64,000 nt of DNA, taken from NCBI RefSeq assembly GCF_032444005.1, contig NC_091282.1, positions 662,222,001 to 662,286,000 of the forward strand, in the 5' to 3' direction. This document shows positions 47,690-59,936 of the stretch, one piece after another (the stretch's first letter is position 1; the number at the start of each line of letters is the position of its first letter). The notes beneath the pieces were generated by a model. The model saw only the letters and a list, made by a program, of their open reading frames with translations, searched no databases and was not told the origin of the DNA. A program made the position numbers and the translations under genes. The stretch is from Ranitomeya imitator (Eukaryota).

Positions 47690-49935
47690 GTGGTGTTCGT
47701 TGATTATTGTACAGTTTCTATATCTTTATATTGTATTTTGCTGTAGTTTCTCATCCTTGTGTGTGGTTGTGTTGTTATAGCCAGTGTGTGGCTGTATTCA
47801 GTCACTGGTTTCTTGTCCTTCCTTGCGTGTGGTTGTGTTGCTATGTGTGGATGTACTATGTTGTGCATGCTGTGTAGTGTTGCCGGTTTCTCATCCTTCC
47901 ATTTGTATGGTTGTGTGGCTGTACTATGTTGTGCTCTCTGTGTACAGTCGCTGGTTTCTTGTGCTTCCTTGTGTATGATTGTGATGTTATATCCGGTGTG
48001 TGGCTGTAGTATATTGTGCACACTGTGTAGCTTCACTGGTTACTCGTCCTTCCTTGTGTATGATTGGGTTGTTATCCAGTGTGTGGCTGTGTACCTTCCC
48101 TAGATATTCCTCCTTTCTTGTGAATGGTTGTGTGTGTGTTTGTGTGTGTGGCTGTACAATGTTGTGCACGCTGTGTACTTCCCTTGGTTACTCATCCTTC
48201 CTTTTGTATGATTGTGTTGTTACATCTGGTGTGTGGCTGTATTGTGCATGCTGTGTACAGTCGCTGTTTTCTTATCCTTGTGTATGGCTGTGTTGTTATA
48301 TATGATGTGTTGCTGTGTTGTACATGCTGTGTACAGTCGCTGGTTTCTCGTTCCTCCTTGTGTATGGTTGTGTTGTTATATCCATTGTGTGGCTGCATTG
48401 TGCACGCTGTGTACAGTTGTTGGTTTCTCGTCCTTCCTTGTGCATGGTTGTGTTATATTTGGATGGGTGCTGTATTGTGTAGTGCGCGCTGTGTATAGGC
48501 TCTGTTTTTTTTGTCCTTCCTTGTGAATGGTTGTGTTGCTTTGTGTGGATGTTCTATGTTGTGCATGCTGTGTAGTGTTGCTGGTTTCTCGTCCTTCCTT
48601 TTGTATGGTTGTGTGGCTGTACTATGTTGCTGTGTACAGTTGCTGGTTTCTTGTGCTTCATTGTGTATGATTGTGGTGTTATATCCAGTGTGTGGCTGTA
48701 GTATATTGTGCACACTGTGTAGCTTTACTGGATACTCATCCTTTCTTGAGAATGGTTGTGTCTGTGTGTGTGTTGTGTGGCTGTACAATGTTGTGCACGC
48801 TGTGTACCTTCGCTGGTTACTCATCCTTCCTTGTGTGTGATTGTGTTGTTACAACTGATATGTTGCTGTGTTGTGCACACTTTGTACGGTCACTGGTTTC
48901 TCGTTTTTCCTTGAGTATGGTTGTGTTGTTACATCTGGCATGTGGTTGTATTGTGTTGTGCACACTGTGTGCAGTCTCTGGTTTATCATTCTTCCTTGTG
49001 TATGGTTGTGTTATGTCCAGTATGTGGCTGTATTGTACACACTGTGCACAGTTGCTGGTTTATCGTCCTTCATTGCGTGTCATTGTGTTGTTACATTTGG
49101 TGTGTTGCTGTATTGTATTGTGCACACTGTGTACAGTTGCTGGTTTCTTGTCCTTTCTTGTGTTGTATGGTTGTGTTATATCTGAATGGTTGTTGTATTG
49201 ATGGTTGTTGTATTGTGAAGTGCACGCTGTGTACAGTTGCTGGTTTCTCGTGCATCCTTGGGTATAATTGTATGGTTCTATCTGGTGTGTGGCTGTACTA
49301 TGTTGTGCATGCTGTGTAGTGTTGCTGGTTTCTTGTCCTTCCTTTTGTATGGTTGTGGGGCTGTACTATGTTGTGCACCCTGTGTACAGTCGCTGGTTTC
49401 TCGTCCTTCCTTTTGTATGGTTGTATTGTTATATCTGGAGTGTTGCTGTCTTGTGTTGTGCACACTGTGTGCATTCGCTAGTTTATCGTCCTTCCTTGTG
49501 TATGGTTGTGTTGTTACAGTTACATCTGGTGTGTGGCTGTATTGTGCATGGTGTGTACAGTCGCTGGTGTATCGACCTTCCTTGTGTATGGTTGTGTTAT
49601 GTCCAGTGTGTGGCTGTATTGTGCACCCTGTGTACAGTCGCTGGTTTCTCGTCTTTCCTTTTGTATGGTTGTAGTGTTATATCTGGACTGTTGCTGTCTT
49701 GTGTTGTGCACACTGTGTACATTCACTGGTTTATCGTCCTTCCTTGTGTATGGTTGTGTTGTTACATCTGGTGTGTTGTTGTATTGTGTAGTGCACGCTG
49801 TGTACAGTTGCTGGTTTCTCATCCTTGTGTATGGTGGTGTTGTTACATCAGGTATGTTGCTGTACTGTGTTGTGCACACTGGTCTTTCATCCTTCCTTGT
49901 GTATGGTTGTGGTGCTATTGCGGTGCATCTTACAT
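47690..49935. repeat. GT-rich degenerate minisatellite (~80-90 bp units)
   Basis: Recurring TCCTTCCTTGTGTATGGTTGTGTTGTTA...GTGTGGCTGTA...TGTGTACAGTCGCTGGTTTCT. Confidence 0.9.
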
Positions 49936-50159
49936 GATAATGGTATCTTTGCTCGGCTCCTCATCCAAATCTTCTATAGTATGTCAGGCTCACGCTCTGT
50001 GCTCATATCGTAGTTGGCGGCAGAGACACCATCTTGGGACTACGAGTCCCTCATTTTGTCATCTAGTAGGGACCATGCATCACATTGGTGTTAGCAGAAT
50101 AGACCCCTATATGCTAACTTTTTCATAGATTTGTCAGTCTGGCTCCGGTGACTGACTTA

Positions 50160-50477
50160 GGCTACGTTCACATTAGCGTTTCCCGACGCAGCGTCGGGAA
50201 ACGCAGCGGCGACGCATGCGTCATGCGCCCCTATATTTAACATGGGGGACGCATGGACATGCGTTGTGCTGCGTTGTGCGACGCATGCGGTTTTTTTGCC
50301 GCAAGCGTCGGGCAAAGAAAACGCAACAAGTTGCATTTTTTTGCGTCGAAATTTCGGCAAAAAAGGACGCATGCGTCGCAAAACGCAGCGTTTTAGCGTG
50401 CGTTATGGTGCGTTTTTATTTGCATTGTGCGTTGCGTCGCCGACGCAGCGGCGCACAACGTAAATGTGAACGTAGCC
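50160..50477. mobile_element. MITE (TIR GGCTACGTTCACATT)
   Basis: Perfect TIRs and TTA TSD. Confidence 0.9.
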
Positions 50478-50826
50478 TTAACGCAGCGACATTGGAGACT
50501 TCCCCAGTTTTATGATTTTATCTTGGTAACAAAAGCAGGAAGACACACCAATGCTAATCCACTGTCACTCAGGATTCCTCATCTTCCTTCCTGCCCCTAT
50601 TTGTCTTTGTAGTTTGGAAGGGGGGAAGGGTAAAAACACCAAAATCTGCAACATGATGGCGGTATGACTCCTCCTGTGTGAGTCCAGAATGACCACACGC
50701 TGGAGTTCAGGAAAGTTGGGTGACCACAGAATGATCCCCACAATATGGCCACTGACACCCCACTCTCCCAGTATCCTGATTGGCACCATGGGCAATTCGT
50801 ATAATAGTTTCTCCTTTTTCTGGCAG

Positions 50827-50887
50827 GAATCGACTTTAAGATTCGAACGACCGAAATCCAAGGGAAGAAAATCAAACTGCAGGTCTG
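50827..50887 (+). CDS. RAB13: RAB13 coding exon 2
   Basis: (G)IDFKIRTTEIQGKKIKLQV(W); 61 nt. Confidence 0.95.
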
Positions 50888-51233
50888 GTGAGTCATTGAG
50901 GGGCGGAACGTTCAAGAGGTTCTGCAGCAGCATTGAGTGTGAGACAGGACACCCTTGTTAAACGGACGATCCCAAACAACTGATATAACCTCCCTGATAC
51001 ATCTACTCAATGATATAACTAGTGATGAGTGAACGTGCTTGGCTAACATGTTATAACAGCCGCAACTCATGCAGCCACATGGACTCGAACGTAATATACG
51101 AGCACGCCCAAGAAACTCGCATAACACGTTATCTGAGCACGTTCGCTCATCACTAGCAATAACCCCAAAAATGACCAGTTGTACGCGCCTTTATGGGTTA
51201 GTGGGTAGGCATCTGATGACTGGTATCTTTTAG

Positions 51234-51294
51234 GGACACGGCTGGACAGGAGAGGTTCAAGACCATCACTACGGCCTATTATCGGGGAGCAATG
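51234..51294 (+). CDS. RAB13: RAB13 coding exon 3
   Basis: [20 protein letters not shown] (G3 motif); 61 nt. Confidence 0.96.
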
Positions 51295-51486
51295 GTGAGT
51301 ACCTCATCTTCATAGCTTAAAGAAAACAGGGCGCCAATACTGATGCACTCTACTTGGACGGGCTCTGATCTTTTATGCTGCAGTTCTACCAGTCATCCAG
51401 CAGGAGGCAACGTCTGCTCGAGGCCTGCTCCCTATGGCAACCTACTATGTATTCGAATATAAGGGGACAGTGGCTTTGTGTTTCAG

Positions 51487-51564
51487 GGGATCATCCTGGT
51501 CTATGACATCACGGATGAGCGATCCTTTGAAAATATTCAGAACTGGATGAAGAGCATAAAAGAG
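51487..51564 (+). CDS. RAB13: RAB13 coding exon 4
   Basis: [26 protein letters not shown]; 78 nt. Confidence 0.96.
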
Positions 51565-51918
51565 GTGAGTGATCGGAGTAGCAACTGAAGGCGGAAGATT
51601 ATTAGAGGAGCAAAGGGTGCAGGACCCTAGGGAGTAATGGCTGTTAGATGTCCAGGTGGTGAGGGTAGTCCAAGGTCCGTAAGTCCAAAAGGTAAGAAGT
51701 ATCGAAGATCTGGTTGGGGGACATATCCATTCCAAAGAATTAGGAACATCTTCGGTGAGTGTGGGGTCCTGCAGCTCTGAAGGCCTTCAGGGTTTGGGTT
51801 GTTTGAGAGCGAGGAACACTACATGCTCTTACTCTATTGGACTCTTGGTCATTTTGGAGGGGTGGGTGGTGAGTGGGTTGGACTGTTCCTTTCCTGTGAC
51901 ATGTTGTTGTTCCTGCAG

Positions 51919-52008
51919 AACGCTGCTCCGGGTGTAGAGCGGATGCTTCTGGGAAATAAATGTGACATAGAGAGCAGACGGAAAGTCCCAAAAGAGCGAG
52001 GGGAAAAG
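51919..52008 (+). CDS. RAB13: RAB13 coding exon 5
   Basis: [30 protein letters not shown] (G4 NKCD); 90 nt. Confidence 0.96.
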
Positions 52009-52039
52009 GTGAGCGCGTGTCCTGCGTAATGGGGACCAT

Positions 52040-53155
52040 TGTCTGCCCGTGTGTCCGGCGCGCTCTGGGGACGCCTCTGCCCGTGTGTCCGGCGCGCTCT
52101 GGGGACGCCTCTGCCCGTGTGTCCGGCGCGCTCTGGGGACGCCTCTGCCCGTGTGTCCGGCGCGCTCTGGGGACGCCTCTGCCCGTGTGTCCGGCGCGCT
52201 CTGGGGACGCCTCTGCCCGTGTGTCCGGCGCGCTCTGGGGACGCCTCTGCCCGTGTGTCCGGCGCGCTCTGGGGACGCCTCTGCCCGTGTGTCCGGCGCG
52301 CTCTGGGGACGCCTCTGCCCGTGTGTCCGGCGCGCTCTGGGGACGCCTCTGCCCGTGTGTCCGGCGCGCTCTGGGGACGCCTCTGCCCGTGTGTCCGGCG
52401 CGCTCTGGGGACGCCTCTGCCCGTGTGTCCGGCGCGCTCTGGGGACGCCTCTGCCCGCGTGTCCGGCGCGCTCTGGGGACGCCTCTGCCCGCGTGTCCGG
52501 CGCGCTCTGGGGACGCCTCTGCCCGCGTGTCCGGCGCGCTCTGGGGACGCCTCTGCCCGCGTGTCCGGCGCGCTCTGGGGACGCCTCTGCCCGCGTGTCC
52601 GGCGTGCTCTGGGGACGCCTCTGCCCGCGTGTCCGGCGCGCTCTGGGGACGCCTCTGCCCGCGTGTCCGGCGCGCTCTGGGGACGCCTCTGCCCGCGTGT
52701 CCGGCGCGCTCTGGGGACGCCTCTGCCCGCGTGTCCGGCGCGCTCTGGGGACGCCTCTGCCCGCGTGTCTGGCGAGCTCTGGGGCACCTCTGCCCGTGTG
52801 TCCGGCGCGCTCTGGGGACGCCTCTGCCCGTGTGTCCGGCGCGCTCTGGGGACGCCTCTGCCCGTGTGTCCGGCGCGCTCTGGGGACGCCTCTGCCCGTG
52901 TGTCCGGCGCGCTCTGGGGACGCCTCTGCCCGTGTGTCCGGCGCGCTCTGGGGACGCTTCTGCCCGTGTGTCCGGCGCGCTCTGGGGACGCCTCTGCCCG
53001 TGTGTCCGGCGCGCTCTGGGGACGCCTCTGCCCGCGTGTCCGGCGCGCTCTGGGGACGCCTCTGCCCGCGTGTCCGGCGCGTTCTGGGGACGCCTCTGCC
53101 CGCGTGTCCGGCGCGCTCTGGGGACGCCTCTACCCGTGTGTCCGGCGCACTCTGA
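52040..53155. repeat. 34-bp CpG-rich minisatellite, ~33 copies
   Basis: Unit GGGGACGCCTCTGCCCG(T/C)GTGTCCGGCGCGCTCT. Confidence 0.97.
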
Positions 53156-53241
53156 GGGGTGCCTCTGCGCTGTTCTTGTGTACCTTTTGGATAACATATG
53201 TACCTTTTTATCACATCCTTTTTACGCCCCTTGCCTGTCAG

Positions 53242-53307
53242 CTTGCTAAGGATCATGGAATCCGATTCTTTGAGACGAGTGCTAAGTCCAGTCAGAATGT
53301 GGACGAG
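53242..53307 (+). CDS. RAB13: RAB13 coding exon 6
   Basis: LAKDHGIRFFETSAKSSQNVDE (G5 ETSAK); 66 nt. Confidence 0.96.
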
Positions 53308-53387
53308 GTGAGTGACCCGCTATGTTTCAGCCACAGAGTCTAGTGTCCTGGATTCTTCTCTACTGACTCGTCCCCTTCTCTCCGCAG

Positions 53388-53438
53388 GCTTTTAATGCAT
53401 TGGCCACTGACATCCTAATGCAGATGTCACGCAGGGCG
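53388..53438 (+). CDS. RAB13: RAB13 coding exon 7
   Basis: AFNALATDILMQMSRRA; 51 nt, AG/GT flanks. Confidence 0.92.
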
Positions 53439-53516
53439 GTGAGTGAGACCTCTGTAGTCACTGTCCAAACCCCAAGCCCCCCTTGATGACTCTTTTTTTT
53501 CTTTCTTTTTTTGCAG

Positions 53517-53591
53517 GCTCATGGGTTGAAAGATCCGGTGGATTTAAAGAGCTCCTCCAAGAAGGGAAGCAATAAGTGTTCTGTGATCTAA
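53517..53591 (+). CDS. RAB13: RAB13 coding exon 8
   Basis: AHGLKDPVDLKSSSKKGSNKCSVI* with CAAX prenylation box; total CDS 606 nt. Confidence 0.93.
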   Translation, partial: AHGLKDPVDLKSSSKKGSNKCSVI

Positions 53592-54081
53592 GAATTGGCC
53601 GGAGGGAGATTAGTGGCGCCTCGTCCATAAGGACACCGTTCATCCTGATATAGAACTAATACAGAATTAATTGGCGTTGTCCCCAGTACCAGGCAGGGAC
53701 CTTCCTTAGAAGCCTTATAATCTAGGAGTAGCGGACTGTACTGGGGCCAGGGGGACCCAGATGTGGACTGTGAATGTGGGCCTCAGGGAACAGACCTCAC
53801 CGGCCGGCACTGGACCTCCTCCTATTTTGGGGTGATCCCTCCCCATGATTATGGACCACACGCGGGGGATTAGATGAAGAACTGGGGATGTAATGAGGAT
53901 GTATGTAGTATGTGGCATGCTGGGATTTGTAGTCCACCACGGATGGAGATGAATCATTGCTGCAGTTTTGGCTGTGACTAGAGATTTTTCTGCGGCTCTG
54001 TCCTGCAACCCTGTGCTCAGATTTATGTATGTGACTGTACTCTATGTGAGGGGCCACACAATGACCTATCACCTGCACAAT

Positions 54082-54200
54082 AATAAATAACTTCTGGTCA
54101 TCCAGCTCCACGAGACTTGACTACCATCTTGTCCAGTGATGATACTTCCTGTGGAGCCCAGGGTGGCACTAATATCGCAGGAGGTATCATGTGTAATAAA
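54082..54200 (+). terminator. RAB13: RAB13 poly(A) signals
   Basis: AATAAA at 54082 and 54195. Confidence 0.55.
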
Positions 54201-54594
54201 GAGGAATTTCTAAAAGCGCTGGAGTCAGAGTCCTGAATATATATCAACACCGGCCCCTAGCAACCAATCAGCATGCAGCTTTCACTTATATTTCTCTGGT
54301 AAAATGAAAGCTGTGCTGTGATTGGTAGCTAGGAGCAATGAAGAAAGTTATCATAAATCTGCTCTATGTATCCACCAGTCAGCCACAACATTAATACCAG
54401 TGGCCGGTGCAGTGATGACACTGACATATGGTGACAACAGAAGAAGAAAAATGGCCACAAGGATCTGTGCGACTGTGACAAGACCAGACAAAGGGGATCA
54501 GAGCATCTCCAAAACGGCCACTGTGGGGTGTATATGACAGCTGTTCTAGGGCGTTTTTGGTGCACTACGCATCTCAGGGGGTCTTCCCGATATT

Positions 54595-54805
54595 ATTATT
54601 ATTCATTTTTGTAGCGCCATTTATTACATGGCACTTTACATGTGAAAAAAGGGGCATACATAGACAAGTACAATAAACATGAGCAATACAAGGCACACAC
54701 AAATCAGAAGGAGAAAGGACCCTGCCCCCGAGGGCTCACAGTCTACAGGGGATGGGGGAGGATATACTAGGAGAGGGAAGAGCTGGTTGTGCGGCGGTTC
54801 AGTAG
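54595..54805 (-). mobile_element. L2-type 3' end fragment
   Basis: Reverse-complement match to the 3' UTR motifs at 16110-16250. Confidence 0.65.
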
Positions 54806-54929
54806 ACCGAGGTTCATGTATCATATATGGTACATGATGGCATTGCATGGAAATCTGGTAAACGATGCATTGCATGGGGCTTTCCAGACATGTGGCGGGG
54901 CCTCGAGGGACATTCTTTGCATAGGACAG

Positions 54930-56250
54930 AGCCTCGATGGATATTCTTGTCATGCGGTGGGCCTCAAGGATACTTCTTGGCATAGGGTGGGCCTCAAGGG
55001 AAGTTCTTGGCATAGAGCGGGCATCAGGTGATGTTCTTGGCATAGGGCGGGCCTTGAGCGACATTCTTGGTATAAGGTGGGCCTTGAGGGATGTTCTTGG
55101 CAATGGGCAGGCCTTATGGGAAATCCTTGGCATAATTCAGGCCTCAGGTGATGTTCTTCGCATAGAGTGGGCCTTAGGTGATGTTCTTGGCATTGGGCAG
55201 GCCTTATAGGAAGTTTTTAGCATAGGGTGGACCTTGAAGGTCGTTCTTGGCAATGGGCAGGCCTTATGGGAAGTTCTTGGCATAATTCAGGCCTCTGGTG
55301 ATGTTCTTGGTATAGGGCGGGCCTTGAGGGATGTTCTTGGCATAGGGTGGGCCTTGAGGGTTATTCTTGGTATACAGCTGGCCTTAAGGAACGTCCTTGT
55401 TATAGGGCAGGCCTCAGAAAACGTCGTCATAGGGTCGGCCTTGAGCTATGTTCTTAGCATAGGGTGGGCCTCAAGGGACGTTCTTGGCATAGGGTGGGCC
55501 TTGTGGGATGTTCTTGGGATAGGGCGGGCATTGAGGGACGTTCTTGGCATAGGGTGGGCCTTGAGGGTCATTCTTGGTATGCAGCGGGCCTCAAGTGACG
55601 TCCTTGGCATAGTGCAGACCTCAGAAGACTTCTTTGGCATAGGGTTGGCCTTGAGCTATGTTCTTGGCATAGGGCGGGTCTCGAGGGAAGTTATTGGCAT
55701 AGAGCGGGCCTTGGGGGACATTCTTGGCATAAGGTGGGCCTTGAGGGACGTTCTTGGCATAGGGCGGGCCTCAGGTGATGTTCTTGGCATAGAGTGGGCC
55801 TTAGGTGACTTTCTTGGCATAGTGCAGGCCTTATGGGAAGTTCTTGGCATAGGGCGAGCCTTGAAGGTCGTTCTTGGCAATGGGCAGGCCTTATGGGAAC
55901 TTCTTGGCATAATTCAGGCCTCTGGTGATGTTCTTGGTATAGGGCGGGCCATAAGGGACGTTCTTGGCATACGGTGGGCCTTGAGGGATGTTCTTAGCAT
56001 AGGGTGGGCCTTGACGGTCATTCTTGGTATACACCGGGCCCTAAGGGACATCCTTGTTATAGGGCAGGCCTCAGAAAACTTCGGCATCGGGTCGGCCTTG
56101 AGCTATGTTCTAAGCATAGGGTGGGCCTCGAGGGATGTTCTTGCCATACTGTGGGCCTTGAGGGATGTTCTTGGGAAAGGGCGGACATTGAGGGACGTTC
56201 TTGGCATAGGGTGGGCCTTGAGGGTCGTTCTTGGTATACAGCGGGCCTCA
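54930..56250. repeat. 30-bp minisatellite (~44 diverged copies)
   Basis: Unit ~GTTCTTGGCATAGGGCGGGCCTTGAGGGAC. Confidence 0.93.
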
Positions 56251-56251
56251 A

Positions 56252-57519
56252 CCCCTTCATGACCGGGGGATTTTTCGTTTTTCCGTGTTCGTTTTTCGCT
56301 CCCCTCCTTCCCAGAGCCCTAACTTTTTTATTTTTCCGTCAATTTGGCCATGTGAGGGCTTATTTTTTGCGGGACGAGTTGTACTTTTGAACGACATCAT
56401 TGGTTTTAGCATGTCGTGTACTAGAAAACAGGAAAAAAATTCCAAGTGCGGTGAAATTGCAAAAAAAGTGCAATCCCACACTTGTTTTTTGTTTGGCTTT
56501 TTTGCTAGGTTCACTAAATGCTAAAAATGACCTGCCATTATGATTCTCCAGGTCATTACGAGTTCATAGACACCGAACATGACTAGGTTATTTTTTATCT
56601 AAGTGGTGAAAAAAAATTCCAAACTTTGCTAAAAAAAAAAAAAATTGCGCCATTTTCCGATACTCGTAGCGTCTCCATTTTTCATCATCTGGGGTCGGTT
56701 GAGGGCTTATTTTTTGCGTGCCGAGATGACGTTTTTAATGATAGCATTTCGGTGCAGATACGTTCTTTTGATCGCCTGTTATTGCATTTTAATGCAATGT
56801 CGCGGCGACCAAAAAAACGTAATTCTGGCGTTTCGAATTTTTTTCCCGCTACGCTGTTTAGCGATCAGGTTAATACTTTTTTTTAATTGATAGATCGGGC
56901 GATTCTGAGCGCGGCGATACCAAATATGTGTAGATTTGATATTTTTTTTATTGATTTATTTTGATTGGGGTGAAAGGGGGGTGATTTAAACTTTTATGTT
57001 TTTTTTTTTATTTTTTTCACATTTTTTTAACTTTTGCCATGCTTCAATAGCCTCCATGAGAGGCTAGAAGCAGGCACAACGCGATCGCCTCTGCTACATA
57101 GCAGCGATCTGCTGATCGCTGCTATGTAGCAGAATTGCACGTGTGCTGTGAGCGCCGACCACAGGGTGGCGCTCACAGCGACGGGCAATCAGTAACCATA
57201 GAGGTCTCAAGGACCTCTATGGTTACCATTCACAAGCATCGCCGACCCCCGATCATGTGACGGGGGTCGGCGATGACGTCATTTCCGGCCGCCTGGCCGG
57301 ATGCGGTAGTTAAATGCCGCTGTCTGCGTTTGACAGCGGCATTTAACTAGTTAATAGGTGCGGGCAGATCGCGATTCTGCCCGCGCCTATTACGGGCACA
57401 TGTCAGCTGTTCAAAACAGCTGACATGTCCCGGCTTTGGTGCGGGCTCACCGCGGAGCCCTGCATCAAAGCAGGGGAGCCGGCATCGGACGGTATAGTAC
57501 GTCCGATGCCGGTAAGGGG
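56252..57519. mobile_element. piggyBac-type non-autonomous element (inverted relative to 18852-20068)
   Basis: TCAA|CCCCTTCATGACC ... TAAGGGG|TTAA; ORF-track translations mirror those of the first copy. Confidence 0.85.
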
Positions 57520-57523
57520 TTAA

Positions 57524-57950
57524 AGGGAACCTGTCACTACCCCCCAGGCGTTTGAAACTAAAAGAGCCACCTTGTGCAGCAGTAATCCTGCATTCTGACA
57601 AGGTGGCTCTTTTAGTTATTGGTGCTGTAAATGCAGAAATAATCCGTTTTTTAATTTGTCCGAAATACCTGTCTTCAGTCCTGGAGGCAGGTCTTTCCCC
57701 CCCTGCTGCAGACGCCTCACAGCCGTCACTCAAGTCTTCTTGGCGCCGGGCACCGCCTCCTCAGTGCTGTTTTGAAATCTGCCTGCGCTCTTTTGTCTTG
57801 CCTGGGGCAGGCGCAGTGAGCGCTGCCCGTCTGTCCTCATATGCAGTCTCGCTGACTGCGCCTGTGCGGCCGCCCTGCTTGTGAATCCCAGCCCCGCAAT
57901 GTGAATAAATCATAAACACTGAGGGGCTGGGATTCCTGGGCATGCGCATT
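57524..57950. mobile_element. T2/Kolobok-type MITE fragment
   Basis: TTAA|AGGGAACCTGTCAC left end; right end not found. Confidence 0.5.
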
Positions 57951-58587
57951 GTGACCTGGGTGAGTGGCATTCACCCATGTGGCTGACTCCAAGGTAAATG
58001 TACCTATTCTAATACAAGATCTAATGCCTGATGTTGATAATCATGTGCCACATTACAAGGACGAGTGTAGTCTACCTCTGAATAGCACAGATAATATGAG
58101 CACATTCTGAGTAGATGACTTTCTCATCACATGTTATTATGCACACATGGTATACTTCTCATTGGTGTATTTATTATGCCTATATGTTATGTCGGCCCAC
58201 TATTTGGGTGTAGCCTATGGCTTTTTTTGTGTCCCTCGTTTTAAGGTCCAGTACCTTTCTTCTTTAGTATTTATACTCTGTTTTTATATCATTAACAATC
58301 TTTAATAAATTGTCAGTTTTTACCAGTACCATGGTCTAGGTCACTTTATTTTCACACTATGTGATCAAGCCTTATGTGAAATAATTAGTGCACAAGTAAG
58401 GTAGAGGCAGAGCTGATACGTTGGCAGAGTACATTGTTAGAGGGACACTGCCCCCCCATCAAGAGCGTCCCAGACCCCCAATACGAAATATCACCATCCC
58501 CTGCAACACCGCCAATCACCACCGGAGGGCAGCACACCCCCTCGCTCCGGACAGTGCTGATAGTCTACCTTCAGCCACAAGAGGGCG

Positions 58588-58625
58588 CGGCCGGAAGTGC
58601 TGAATCCTGTAGTAGGAAGTGCATC
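58588..58625 (+). promoter_or_regulatory. JTB: Probable JTB promoter ETS motifs
   Basis: CCGGAAGT at 58591 and AGGAAGT upstream of the ATG at 58640. Confidence 0.5.
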
Positions 58626-58639
58626 GTGACAAGTGAGAG

Positions 58640-58692
58640 ATGGAGACGACAGGATGTATCCTGAGAGGCGTCCTCCTCCTGAGCGTCCACTG
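58640..58692 (+). CDS. JTB: JTB exon 1 (signal peptide)
   Basis: METTGCILRGVLLLSVH(C)|GTGAGA; the phase-2 junction through Cys matches the downstream exon. Confidence 0.72.
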
Positions 58693-58744
58693 GTGAGAGC
58701 TGCCCCTCATATAGCGTCCCCTCCCAGCCCGGGTGGCACATTGT

Positions 58745-59420
58745 GTACTGTCCCCTCATGAGTGTCACTTTAGATACCGTCCTCTCATCTCCTAGGTGTC
58801 ACACTATATACCGTCCCCTCATCTCCTGGGTGTCACATTATATACCGTCCCCTCATCTCCTGGGTGTCACGTTATATGCAGTCCCCTCATCTCCTGGGTG
58901 TCACGTTATATGCAGTCCCCTCATCTCCTGGGTGTCACACTATATACCGTCCCCTCATCTCCTGGGTGTCACATTATATACCGTCCTCTCATCTCCTGGG
59001 TGTCACATTATATACCGTCCCCTCATCTCCTGGGTGTCACATTATATACCGTCCCCTCATCTCCTGGGTGTCACGTTATATGCAGTCCCCTCATCTCCTG
59101 GGTGTCACACTATATACCGTCCCCTCATCTTCTGGGTGTCACGTTATATACAGTCCCCTCATCTTCTGGGTGTCACTTTATATACCGTCCCCTCATCTCC
59201 TGGGTGTCACATTATATACCGCCCCCTCATCTCCTGGGTGTCACGTTATATACCGTCCCCTCGTCTCCTGGGTGTCACGTTATATATCGTCTCCTGGGTG
59301 TCACGTTATATACCGTCCCCTCATCTCGTGGGTGTCACATTATATACTGTCCCCTCATCTCCTGGGTGTCACGTTATATACCGCCCCCTCATCTCCTGGG
59401 TGTCACGTTATATACCTTCC
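58745..59420. repeat. 34-bp minisatellite (~19 copies) in JTB intron 1
   Basis: Unit CCGTCCCCTCATCTCCTGGGTGTCACATTATATA. Confidence 0.95.
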
Positions 59421-59465
59421 CCTCCCCCACCTCAGTTGTCAGTGATCTTGCTGTCTTCCTTGTAG

Positions 59466-59515
59466 TTGGGTGCTGTCGTTTCCAGGGCAGGAGGAGCAGT
59501 CTCTGGTGCTGCGTG
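59466..59515 (+). CDS. JTB: JTB exon 2
   Basis: WVLSFPGQEEQSLVLR; TAG acceptor after a pyrimidine tract, donor GTACGT; QEE resembles the human QEEK. Confidence 0.68.
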
Positions 59516-59596
59516 GTACGTGTGCCCTTTGACTTACATGTGTTGTGTTTTGTGCCCCCCATCCTGTTATGTGACCCCCGATATCCTTTGTTGCAG

Positions 59597-59682
59597 ACCC
59601 CCCAGCTGTGAGCACCCCCTGCTGGCAGACAGAGGAGTACACTATATCCCAGGAGTGCTACAGCTGTGGCCAGTTTGCAGCG
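59597..59682 (+). CDS. JTB: JTB exon 3
   Basis: (D)PPAVSTPCWQTEEYTISQECYSCGQFAA (PCW..EE...EC..C motif). Confidence 0.9.
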
Positions 59683-59782
59683 GTGAGTGCCCCCTCTCGT
59701 AGTCACATGTCCTCATCTGTGGAGCTCACACTCCTCCCTAGCGCTATATAATGATAACCGCCATCTTGTTCCCCTTGTACAG

Positions 59783-59862
59783 AAGACCCTTGGTCAGTGC
59801 AGCATCACCGGGTTCATCGAGCAGGTCGCCTGCACCGCCTCCCACAAGTCAGAGTATAAGAG
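59783..59862 (+). CDS. JTB: JTB exon 4
   Basis: KTLGQCSITGFIEQVACTASHKSEYK(S); 80 nt. Confidence 0.9.
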
Positions 59863-59936
59863 GTGAGTGGTCCCCAGGGTCTAGGGGGCTCTGGGTGCGT
59901 TTTCCCTGTGTAACTTCCTCTGCCCCTTCCCCACAG

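Noticed and set aside
44948-49937. Dozens of Trp/Leu/Cys/Val-rich ORFs
   Set aside because: Products of low-complexity C/T-rich and G/T-rich tandem repeats in RAB13 introns.
51740-53343. 300-480 aa Arg/Ala/Gly-rich ORFs
   Set aside because: 34-bp repeat open in most frames; lies in RAB13 intron 5.
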